64,000 nucleotides of DNA from Auanema rhodensis (Eukaryota > Animalia > Nematoda): the NCBI GenBank assembly GCA_964057225.1, contig OZ059895.1, positions 7,812,001-7,876,000 on the forward strand. The letters run 5' to 3'. Shown here one piece after another: positions 14,501 through 25,852 of this stretch. A program made the position numbers and the translations under genes. Position 1 is the stretch's first letter, and each line of letters begins with the position of its first letter. A model generated the notes under the pieces. The model ran no database searches. It saw nothing but the letters and a program-made list of their open reading frames with translations, and was not told where the DNA came from.

Positions 14501-14533
14501 ACTTTTCGAACGTCGAAATAATTTACGAATCAT
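8557..14533 (-). CDS. glb-6: Bis-histidyl globin with long N-terminal extension, GLB-6 orthologue (about 390 aa, 12 exons)
   Basis: Exons include 14498-14533 (MIRKLFRRSKSE), 12844-12938, 12635-12713, 10162-10419, 9788-9901, then globin exons LTQAQIHLVRSLWRQVFTTKGPTVIGQSIYHRLCFK...LPPKFQNHDSFIKAHSKAMAELIDQVV...ELMRIGKVHARLLRGELTGKLWNIVAETFIDCTLEWGDKRCRSETVRKAWALIVAFVVEKIK, and last exon 8557-8628. E7 His (KAH) and F8 His (KVH) are present; it closely matches the C. elegans GLB-6 globin domain as recalled. Confidence 0.9.
13210..13270. repeat. (CT)n microsatellite in glb-6 intron 1
   Basis: Direct reading. Confidence 0.9.
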
Positions 14534-17500
14534 TGTTAATATTCTGATTATAATATATAAATAGTTTATAAATATTATTAATAACTTAAATATTTTATTT
14601 TTATAATATTAAGCTTTTATAAGAATAATTAGTTGACTAGTTTCGCATTCGAATTTACTGTTGAAAGTTTCCAAATTTCTTCTTATTTTTATTGAAGAAA
14701 TTGAAATATGTAATCGATGAACATAGATTCATCTATGTTATATATAGATAATGAATTAATAATTATAGTGAATATATAGATATTATGGAAGTATAACTGT
14801 GGTAACTATAGGATAATATAGTTACCAGTTTTGAATTTGAATATGAAAATCAAGTAAGATGATCCCAGTTTGTGGAGGACGGAAAATATTCTGAAGAAAA
14901 GTTTGAGTAGGCGTCAAGTTTAATCGAGTTGTAAGTGTTGAAACCAACTTCAGAGTTGGATGAATGAAGCTGATGATAAGAAGAAGAAAATGATGTCAGA
15001 CGAGCTATGTAGATCAGAAGAACGGCAACGCTGAGAACCACGCAAATGTTAATGATAATGATGTCGAATGATGATAATGATGACCACGATGAATGACGAA
15101 AACGATGATTATAATGATGAGTATGGCTCAGCCAATCAAAAGCAGACTACATATGGCATGAATATAAGCTGGGCATGTTGTCGAAAACTTAAAATCGTGT
15201 TTCACTTCAGAAGATGATCGCTTCGTTTACACTGGTATGAAGTAAAGAGGTCTTTACAAGGGCAACTAATGTATCATCTTTGCTTCATCATTTTCTTTCT
15301 GCTTTTTGCTTCTTCTGAAGTACTTGGTTCCACAGCTTAATGAGGAAATCTGTTAAAAGAGAAAAAGAGAGTAAGAGAGAGAGAGAGAAATAGAAAGAGA
15401 GAAACAGCAAAATTGAGTGAGATAGAGAGAAATGATTGAGAGAAGGAGATTATATATGAAAAGAGAGATTTCATAAGAATAGAAGACTGAATGGAAAAAC
15501 ACGGAGCAGAGCAAAACCAAAAATTCATCATTGACCGGCAGACCAACATCATTAAGTCATTGTTTCTTTTTACCCAAAATAACATGAAATATTTGAAAAA
15601 AAAAACCCAGAATTGGTTTGATTATCAATTGCTGTTCTTACGATATAGGTAATTCTTTTTCTTTCGAGTTTTGTAATATTCTCTCAATCTATGAGTGAGG
15701 ATTCTAGATTGCTTAAGCTTAGTTCATTACAATCTCGATAATAAATTAATAGTTAGAGCTAGTAATCAAAATAATTCTTCAATTACCTATAATTAAAAAA
15801 AAATTCTGAAAAAAAGTGATAAATTGCAGCGGTTTCTTCATAGTTTTTCTCTCTTTCTCTTTCACTCAGCATTCTCATTCAATCTTCCGCAATCAACATT
15901 TATCCCCTCTTTATCAATTGAGCAATATAATCAATCATTTGATGAAAGAAAAAAACGCTTTTCCTTCAAACTTTAAAATGAACACCAACCTGAGCTTGAG
16001 TAGTCATGCTTTATTTTCAATTTCAACGAAATATTAATGACTTTTTGAATTCATGTCTGTTAACAGGTTGAAGTTGTGAACATTCGTACCAGTGTATCTG
16101 CTTTTTACAAAGAAAAAAGCAACACCGATACTCGTAGTGAATCATGTAAGGTTTGATCAGCTTTTTTTCGACTTCTCACCTATCCATATCTTTACAATTC
16201 TCTTCATTTTACCTACTTTCTAGACATCCCAGTTTCAAGAGTAATCTGACACTATTACAGGTTAAAGAAACAAAAAAAAGAAGGAAGAGATATGAGAGAG
16301 CGGAAGAGTGGACGAGGTAGAAGGATAACAAAGTGTCTAGTCGTTGAGAGGGAATGCTGGACGAATATGAAATTGAGAGGTAGACAGACTTGTAACCTGG
16401 CGCAAACTCGAACTAGCTGTCGTTGACGTCGTGTCAGTCGGCGTCAAACGAGACATATAGAAAAATGGAAGATGAAGGAAAAGCCGACATGCACGTCTAC
16501 AAGTTTCCTCGTCATTTTCGTCACCAACAGCCTCTACAGATCTTATAATCTCTTAGTCTCAAGCTGGAACATCGAAGTCGATAGCGACAAAGTTTTATGC
16601 TGTCAGGTCGGTTAGCTGACTAATGCGAAGAATGACGATGATCAGCTTATGTGCTTCTGACATCTCTAGCTCATCAAATAATAAACTTGAACCATAACAA
16701 TAATGCAAATTGTAGTCAAAATATAACAAATATATTGAAAAAAGTTCAAAAATATGTTAAAATTGAGATTGCTAAACATTTCGCTTATTGTGGCATTGAT
16801 GCAGAAAAAGCAAAAAAGTTTAAGTTCCAACGTCATAACAGCATTTTTCAAGTTTTACTGTCGAAAATACATTTTCATCGTGTTTAAGAGCAATTTTGGA
16901 AATTAAAACATCTGTTTGGATCGAAAATGCTTAGATCATGTAGCAAAAGTCAAAAATAACATGAAATAGATTCATCTTAATCAACTTTTTTAAAATTCAA
17001 TCAATAAAAAAAATTAAAATCAAACCTCTAGTACATGCTTTAAGTGAGGTTCCTCAAAAAATTCCTCATATTCTGGCCTGTTTTGCATTAAATCTCCCAT
17101 GGAACAGCTAGTAACTAAAAATATTCAATTATAAATATATATATTTACATTAAATGATAATATATAACAGTAATAAAAACAGATTAATGAGCATAATAAC
17201 CTCTAAACTTACCAATTTTGCCATTTCGAATGTCATTATTTTGAAAATCTTGTGAATCGGATCTAGTTCTGATATGAGAACTACGCCATTTACGGATTGT
17301 ATTTGTTTTTCTGTCGCTTATCCATTGCCAAATTTTTTGCATATTGTCCCTGAACAATGAATGAAACAGATTATAAACTGAGAGATATAAAGAGATAAGT
17401 TATATATATATATATATATATATATTACCTCATAATCTAGTTTTCCATTTGCGATGATCAACCTCACAGGAGCAGATTTTGAGGTTATCCAATATGTTTC

Positions 17501-17678
17501 TATAAAAAAATAAAAAAATAAATTATAGAATGCATTAGAATGAAAGTATATGATAAAGTTATAGCATATGATACGTTGAAAGAACAGAAACACCACATTA
17601 TAACTTCAACAAAAATCAAGCAAATTTCTGTTCGATTTGTTTTTCTTTCAGTTACTTCAGTTATCTGGTGTGTCCACT

Positions 17679-17709
17679 TAGTTAGTTAGCTAGTTAGTTA
17701 GTTAGTTAG
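17679..17709. repeat. (TAGT)n tetranucleotide microsatellite
   Basis: tagttagttagctagttagttagttagttag. Confidence 0.85.
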
Positions 17710-19162
17710 ATGATTCACATTTACACATAAAGTATTAAAAAAAATAGAAAATAACATAAAAGTTCAAGAGAAAAAAAATATTTTACATAGTAGAAGTAGT
17801 CTGTATGTAAATCATTAATGATATACCTTAATAAGTATATATGATATATTAAAATAATGTAAAATAAAAATAAATATTATAAATTATATAATTAAGATTA
17901 GATTACAAAAATCTTAATATGAGTATAGCTTGATTAAGCTTCGAATGAATCAATCATAATCATATTATCAAAAATAATGACAGGGTGCTCATATTTATAC
18001 GAAACATTCAGCAATTTTTTCACTCAAATATTTAGGAGAAACAGGTTAAGAAATAATATTTAAAATCAATCATCTTTGACGGTGAGAATGTTGTAGATGA
18101 AGCCAAAGATTAGTCTAGTTGATCTGGCTCACATGACGTCACACATGGTACATTAAACAAAAAAAAACATTTTAAAAATTTTAATTAGAAGTCAATTAGC
18201 AGATTAAGATTAATATGCTTTAATAGGTTAAACAAAGCTGGAAAATAAAATTGAAATACTAGAAATCTAATTAAAATTCGGAAAAGCTCTGTTGGAGCTT
18301 AAGTGATAGTTAGGAAATATAAATAATATGATCTGTCTTCTATCTGCTCACAGCTTGACAAATGGAATTTTCTTTTTCTTCTCATTTCCCTCAGAATTTT
18401 TATCCCATCTCTATCTTTTCTTACCCTTTCCCCTTTCTTTTCTCTGTTTCTCTCGCCCTCTCTTTCTACCTCTATGTATCTTTTAATTCTTCATTTTCCC
18501 TCTTTTTCTTCTTATTTCTATCTTTATTTCAATAACCACTATAAGTTAAAGAAAAGGGGACACATACAGAGATCAGTGAAGATGATGAGAGAACAGTGAG
18601 AAACAGATATAAGTTCAAGCAGCATCTTGAAAGAGAATAAGAAGCAACGAATGTTCTTTCTCCTCTCTATCGCTCTTTTCAACTTTCTCTCTATTACCCT
18701 AGAAACTCCTCCTTCTCTCTCGTTATACTCTACTCTTTTCTCACGACCCAACAAATGCCTGTCCGTAAGGCTCATACCTCAATGTGTATGTACGTGAGTG
18801 ACTAGGAGTCGACACATTGGTTCAAGGTTGCCAAGCTTAACCCTTTATCCTAGCTACACTAACTTATTTTATTGTCAACATCATTACGATCATGATCAGT
18901 ATTAGGAGGATGCAAAAAATTAAAGAAATAAGCTTTAAAAGCTTTCAAACACAGATAATGCAGAAAAACAAAATGTAGAAAACATGCTCTAATATAAATT
19001 AAAGAACTCAAAGTATTATGTTATTTGAAATGAAAGAATAATATAATATTTTACAAGAAGTGATTTATTCTGTACGCTTATTCACAACAACAACTGCATT
19101 TTCAGATGGAATTGATTGAAGAAATTCCAACACAGACATACACTCTAAGTTCAAAAAAATAT

Positions 19163-19953
19163 TCAAATTGAAGTTCGTGTTTGTTTCATCTTAAAACACG
19201 GATATATCTTTTGTCGACTTAAGCATAAGCTATACAACAAACGAACCTGATCCAATATTGAAGCAATTGAGCGAAGATGCTTTCTATCTATCTTGTCCTC
19301 TTCTAACACTTTGTCTATATCATTTTTCAACATATTCACCTGAAATTGAAGAAAAGCATCAAGAACCCCACAACCATGACAACACAGACACACATTTTCC
19401 AGTTCCATGATATTGCGATCAAGCCAATGATATAAACGGTTTAGATAATAATCAATGATCCGGTAATCAACATCAGCCTGAATAAAATTAGATTTTTTTG
19501 AAATATAATGGCATAGTTACGAGATATTTCACTCAAGATTCTAGTACTTACTCCGTTTTCTAATGAAGTTAGTAATTCATTGATGTTGTGACGAAGTTTC
19601 TGTTCTTCGAACTTTCGTATGCATTCCATACTATCGAACGGCTAGCATCACATTCAACATGAAAAATAAAATCCAAAAAGAAAATACCCCAGGACGGATT
19701 GTTAACTCTATTTCATCAGATGGTTCACCTTTGAATTTTAAAGCATTTTCATTGAAACGTTCTAAATAGAACCAAAATTATCAAAACTTAAACTATTCAT
19801 AATAATCTTACTTATCAATTCTATTTTGACTCTTTCTTCTGATTCATCTATCTCTATAGCCGTTTCAGTACTTGACGATTGATGAGGTCTTGCTTGAACA
19901 GCTAATCGTACATTTGATCGACGTGAACGCCTTCTTTGATTAGCAACCAACAT
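19163..19953 (-). CDS. Hypothetical helical protein with Arg-rich N-terminus (about 190 aa; 3' end uncertain)
   Basis: Three ORF-track fragments join through short GT-AG introns in compatible phase: MLVANQRRRSRRSNVRL...ELIK-RFNENALKFKGEPSDEIELTIRPG-PFDSMECIRKFEEQKLRHNINELLTSLENG-ADVDYRIIDYYLNRLYHWLDRNIMELEN-VNMLKNDIDKVLEEDKIDRKHLRSIASILDQ. It ends at 19163, or through an extra exon near 19082-19145. Confidence 0.6.
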
Positions 19954-20221
19954 AACTGTTAACAGTTGTGTTCTAATTTATATATTCATTAGTTAAATAA
20001 ATATATAATTCAAAATATTTTAAAACAAACCAGCCGGTCTTTCTGTTTGCAAATTCAAAAATGACCTGTCGAGATACAGAGTCTTGTCTGTTATTGTTAT
20101 TATTGTTGTATTGTTGATTTCATGTAGTAAATAATAATAAATTGATTCAACTAATTATTTAATTATCAAAATAAAACTATATAAACAATCAGTTATATCA
20201 TATATTTTATAAAATATGATT

Positions 20222-22143
20222 TTATTTTTCCGATTCAGTTGATTTTTTTCCTTTTTTTTCATTTTCATTACTTTCTTCCAAAGTAACTTTTCGATAATCT
20301 TGATCCAATGAGAAATCTTGAGTTTCATGATCCTTAAAGCAAAAAATAAATTTGATATCATATAGTTGAAAATCCTACAGTTATTCTGTCGACGGATTTA
20401 ATCTTTTCACGAGATTCTTCAAAGGTAAGATCTTGCTTACGAAAACCATTTTTTGATATTCTTTCTTTATCAGGAGTAAACCTATATCAATGTTTCATCA
20501 AATAAAATAAAAATAATATTTGAAATACTTACAAAGCTTCCTGGATATCTTCAGGTGTTATGATATCTTTAATAAAAGTACCATTTGATCTTTTAGCTCC
20601 TTCTCTGAAATATTATAATATTAATAATTCTATTATGATTTTTATATATTTTTTAAATAAAATAAATTAATTAATCTTGAATAGCATACTGTAATATGGA
20701 ATTAAAAAAGTTGTCATGAAGTAGTTTTCTACCGCGTACTCGATCTTTCGGTTTGTAAACAAGAATTTTTTTAATTAAATTCAGTTCATCACTTGTTGCT
20801 TTCAATAAAACCTGACGAGTTAATTTTATAGCAAAATATGTCAAAGTAAGTTGTATGTATAAGTCGAACCTTTTCAAATCCAATACCTTTCTCTTTTCCT
20901 GCTATACGAATGCGTGAGCGCATTGCCTCCAAATCTGATTTACTTGGTGCACCAAGTATTGTACAAATTACTTTTAACTATAAAAAATTACATATATTTA
21001 TCTATATCTATATCTATATATGAAGTAAGTTAATTGAATTACTTGATGAACAGAATCTCGACCAGAAAATAATGTTTTTCCACGTATCATTTCACCTAAT
21101 ATACATCCAGCTGACCATACATCTTTAAGATTATAAAGATAAATGAGATAATAAAAAATACCTACCAACTGAACAATCATAAAACTGAAGATTCATCACT
21201 TTATCACATAATAAAAGTTCTGGAGGCCTATAGAAACGAGTTACCTGAACAATTTCAAAAAATTGACAAAAATAAAAAGAGAAAAGTAAGACAAAACCTG
21301 ATAAGCAGTACTTTTCTTTAATGGATTCGATAATTGTTTGGCTGAGCCAAAATCACCAATCTTTAAAATACCCAAAGAATGATCAACTAAGGTATTAACA
21401 GGCTTCAAATCTCGATGAACAACATTTATCTGTAATTATATATTATATTTAAGTTTTTATATTCAAAGTTAAGGTTAAACATACACTCTCAAGATATAGT
21501 AAGCCATTAAATAGCTGCCAAGCATATAATCGTATATCAATGGAATCCAATATCTTATTACGAATTAAAGAATCTAATGTATCAGGCATATAATCAAAAA
21601 TAAATGATTCACATATCTATTATAATTCATATAATTATAGGAAATTATTTAAGTATTTAACCTTTTTATCATGAGTAATATTGGAGAATGAATACAGCAT
21701 CTGAACTATATTCTTGTGCCTTTCACGACCTTGTCCAGTTAGAAAAGCATATTCAAAATTTTTTTCCGTTGAAGCTAAGATATATATGTTAAAGTTATTT
21801 TTTTTCTTTATCTTATTAAATATTTTTATTTGAAAAAAAAAGTACTTGGCCATGTTTTCTTTATTGCTATCTCCTTGCTAGTATCAGGTAAAATTAATGT
21901 TCCTCTTAAATATAGAAATTATATAAAATATATTTATATAAATTAAAATTTAATAAAAAAAAATAAACAAGAATTTAACTACTTATAAACGTTACTGAAT
22001 ACACCATTGGCATGCAGACGCAAGTTTCTTAATTGCAACTTGCTCTCCTTCATATCAGGCATTTCTTTAGCCACCTGCAAATATTCTTTTTGTTACTTTT
22101 CTGACATCACAAGCAAATATACTAATTCAATAAAATCTTTCAT
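20222..22143 (-). CDS. Divergent GSK-3-like (CMGC) Ser/Thr kinase, nematode gskl/gska type
   Basis: Spliced product contains ANGVFSNVY (G-loop), [83 protein letters not shown] and [13 protein letters not shown] at 22143 (MKDFIEL), TAA at 20222-20224. Confidence 0.88.
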
Positions 22144-22545
22144 TGCTTTCAAGCTTCTAATTTAGGTTTTTGTTGGTTTCTTTTCAAATCCAGTAAGTTT
22201 GCATTGAAAACCAGAATAAGAGCTGCCAAAAAGCCGAAATGAACAACCGAGTAATAGAAAATACAAGAAGAAAATAAAAAAAAGTCAAAGAAGTGAAAGT
22301 CAAAAAATAAAAATATTACTTTCCAAAATAATATATAGTTTTAAATTAATTTAAAAAAAAAAAATATATGTATATTTCTTAAATTTCATATGCTTCATAC
22401 TGCGCTGTGGAAGAAGTTTAATAAAGCTTAAAGCTCTTTCTTTAATGTGCTGGAAACACGAATATATTAGAAGAAAAATTTATTGTGATTAAATTATTTT
22501 AAATGATATGTATATTGATAATTATTATATGGTTATGATAAAATA

Positions 22546-23390
22546 TTATTCAGGTGTGCAATATTTGGAACAGCAAGCAGAGAAGTTCTGTTTGTTAGAA
22601 AATCCATAACGATCAACTCGTGCCATACCAATGTTAATGTATAATTGAGTTGTAAAGTTAATAATTCCATCTTTTTTTTCTATATTAAAGCATTGTGGGC
22701 TGAAAATAAATAAATATAAATCTAATTATATATTCTGCTTACTTATCTATTGGAGAGATAGTAACACGACCAATAAGCTGTAAAGTTGTTGAATTTGTAC
22801 TAAATGTAAAGCCACCAAGTAAAAGTTTCATCATTTTTTGGTAATTTCCATTGTATGACTGAAAATGTCTATTTGATTAAAAGACGTTATCAATTACATT
22901 AGACATACATGAACTTCAACAGAGTGTATATCAATTGTTTGATTCGCTGGTTGATTCAATTGGACATCGAACTCGTACATCATATCAGTTAACGAATCCA
23001 TTTCCGGACTTCGCGTTATTTTCAATTTTGGAATATGACTATCATTCAAGAATTTAACGGATAATTTTGGTTTTATAGGACGAAAATCTGTAAGATAAAA
23101 ATGTTCAAGTTTAGAAATAGTTATAGTAGTATCATTAGCATAACTAGCATAACAAGCCTTTTCTAATCAGCATCGAATAGGCTATCATACAGATAACAAG
23201 TAGGACGAACACTTTCAACAGAAATGAAAAATCAGATAATCTAAATGAATAAAATATAGAATTGAAGAAACAAATTAAAATCATACAGATTGTAACAGAA
23301 ACTGTTACGTGTGCCTTTCGTTGACTTTTGAGATGAATCATTCTCTTTCAGGGGTAAGGGTTCAAATCCTTCTAATGTAACTTTCATCAT
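22546..23390 (-). CDS. Type II single-pass membrane protein, TMEM106/LEA_2-like (paralogue A)
   Basis: Short N-terminus, TM LLKVFVLLVICMIAYSMLI, then a beta-rich ectodomain ...FDVQLNQPANQTIDIHSVEVH-SYNG...IGRVTISPID-NPQCF...INFTTQLYINI...FSACCSKYCTPE* with several NxS/T sequons. The gene model is well supported; the fold assignment is inference. Confidence 0.65.
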
Positions 23391-24266
23391 ATTCTACAAC
23401 ATAATAACAAATATATAAATATCTTAAATACTATAAACAAATAACAAAAAAGTATAAGTTAGCAACAACATTTAACAATTTAAAGGAAAATAGACAAATA
23501 ATTTCAAACTTTATATGAAAAAATGTTCTGATAATATCATATACTTTCTTGTAATAATCACTGATCAATGACACACTTTGATTTATAATATTTTAAATAT
23601 TAAAGTACAACCAAATGATATTCGAATCATCTTCTCCAACTCAATCAGTAGCACATATGATCTGTCGAAATCATATAAGGAACTAAAGTACATATGTCCT
23701 ATACGGTCGAAAAAGGTGATATTACAAATATAAATATATTTCTGCAATATAATTATTAAAATTCATAAATAATACTTTTTCTACTATGTATACACATATA
23801 CATTATATATATATAACTTATATAATAATAATTTGAACGAATTTATTCTTCTGATTCAAACTGTTAATCGGATACCATATTTCAATAAAATAACTTTCAA
23901 ATATTGTAATTACATCATATATTCATAATAATTAAATGGAAATAATTTATTTTTTGCGAAACAGACACTCACAAAGTAATCCATTAAAGTATAAATGTTT
24001 TTTTATTCGATTACATGAGTTGAAAGTGATTTATCACATATATATGTACATGTTTACTCAATTTAGTTCGAATTCGTTCCCCCCAAGAATATGATGTTAA
24101 AAAGGAAATTTTTAGTATTTTATGTATATATATATACATATATATAAACAGCTATATATATACATATACATAGATATATAATAATAATTGTGAAAATAGT
24201 TCGAGATTAATTGGGGAGAGAGGTTGGTATCGGATAAATCAGTTAAATCAGGTTATTACATCATCA

Positions 24267-25343
24267 TTACACGAATGGGTGCAAATCGTCCTTATTCCAT
24301 TTGGCATAAGTTGCAGGCATAACCTTATGATCATGATCAAGACCAACAAGGTGAACAAGCTTTCCATTGTGATCATGAGGCTTGGTGCATGTCTCAGAGC
24401 AGCAAACGGTAAAATAATCAGAATGAGACACAATCTCCAACTGATCCAAATACAGATTTGTACGTACACGGAATGAGAAATGAACCTTATCACGCTTACA
24501 TAAATCTCTATAATTTTATATAAATGTATATTGTATATAGATATAGATAGATACATGTATATATCTCTGTAGTTATAATTTTATAAGAAAAAAACTTACG
24601 CAAAAGGACCTGAGAGGAAAGCTCGAGGATAGATCTTCATTATAGCTTTAGGAGCAGTGATGTTATGAGGTTTAGCAATTTGCATAAATCCAGCTAACAT
24701 TCCACCAACTTGAGTCTGGAATGAATAGAACCAACGTATTGTTCAACTATACAAGCTTCAAACCTCGACAGTAATCTCGTGAATAGTAACAGGCCAACGC
24801 GAATTTCTCTCCATCATATAAGTAATTGGGAAAGAAAAGCTAATTCCAGGTTTATCAAACTGATAAGAGCTTGAATTGTAATTAACTGGATTAGTTTTTT
24901 CTCTGCTCAATTGCTTCAATGTAATGGTTGGACTACCTTCTGAATAGAATAAGAATAACCACATGTAATTTCATTAGAAGTACAAACCAGTTAATGGCCA
25001 TGCAAGAAATACCACCATGATAATGAGTAGCATGATTGAAACTTTAGTTAACAAACTCTTATCAATCCATGATACTTCATAATCATTAAGATCCTCAATA
25101 TCATCACATTGTTGTCTTGAAATATGTCTCATTACAGGTGATACAGTCTGTTCTACTAAACTTTCAAATATAAATAGTCAAAGATAATGATAATCTTACA
25201 ATGTTCTTGAACATTTGACTCAAGAGCTGCTACATCTAGCTTACCTATAAACACATATAACATCTTCAACAGATGCTCTAAAAATAATTACTTGGTTCTT
25301 TTTTTTCTTCAATTATAGCTCCATTAGTTAAGAAAAGCTTCAT
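24267..25343 (-). CDS. Type II single-pass membrane protein, TMEM106/LEA_2-like (paralogue B)
   Basis: ATG at 25343 (MKLFLTNG). TM KVSIMLLIIMVVFLAWP; ectodomain ISFSFPITYMMERNSRWPVTIHEITVE-TQVGGMLAGFMQI...HNIT...GPFADLCKRDKVHFSFRVRTNLYL...DYFTVCCSETCTKP plus a His-rich tail; stop at 24267. Confidence 0.7.
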
Positions 25344-25779
25344 TCTTAGATTATTGAGGAGCGAGACTAAGGTCTCCTTAAATATAGAACATTTGAAAAA
25401 AATAAAATAAATCGATATCATAAACACATCATCAGGAAGTATTAATGATATTATCTGATATACTATGTATATACATATAAAACTTTAACATTAACTCATA
25501 CAATATATTACTGGTTAGCATAGATATATTATGAGATCAAGGAACAGGCTATGATCTATACCCGCTTGGAGATCAAAAGGATCTTTCTTGATCGAAATAT
25601 AACATTAGCAATTGATTTCTGATATTATATGATTAAGACAATTGTACTGTCTGTTTTTTTATATTGTTAATGCGTATAATTTTCAAAAATAAAGTTTCTT
25701 TAATAGCTAATATAGAAAATCAATTCAAATTTAATGAATATTTCGCGTAATACACATATTTGAAAAAATCAAAAACATA

Positions 25780-25852
25780 TGATCTCGGGCGGGCTCGAAC
25801 CGCCGGCCTTCTGTGTGTTAGACAGATGTGATAACCACTACACCACGAGATC
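25780..25852 (-). tRNA. tRNA-Val(AAC)
   Basis: GATCTCG/CGAGATC acceptor stem, TGGTGTAGTGG A-box, TCTGT-CT-AAC-AC-ACAGA anticodon arm, GGCGG-TTCGAGC-CCGCC T arm, downstream T-run terminator. Confidence 0.97.

Noticed and set aside
20030-20150. Open frame between the kinase stop and the orphan gene, suggesting a fusion exon
   Set aside because: The kinase has a clear stop at 20222 and the segment is low-complexity (AAT/AAC repeats); no compelling upstream donor.
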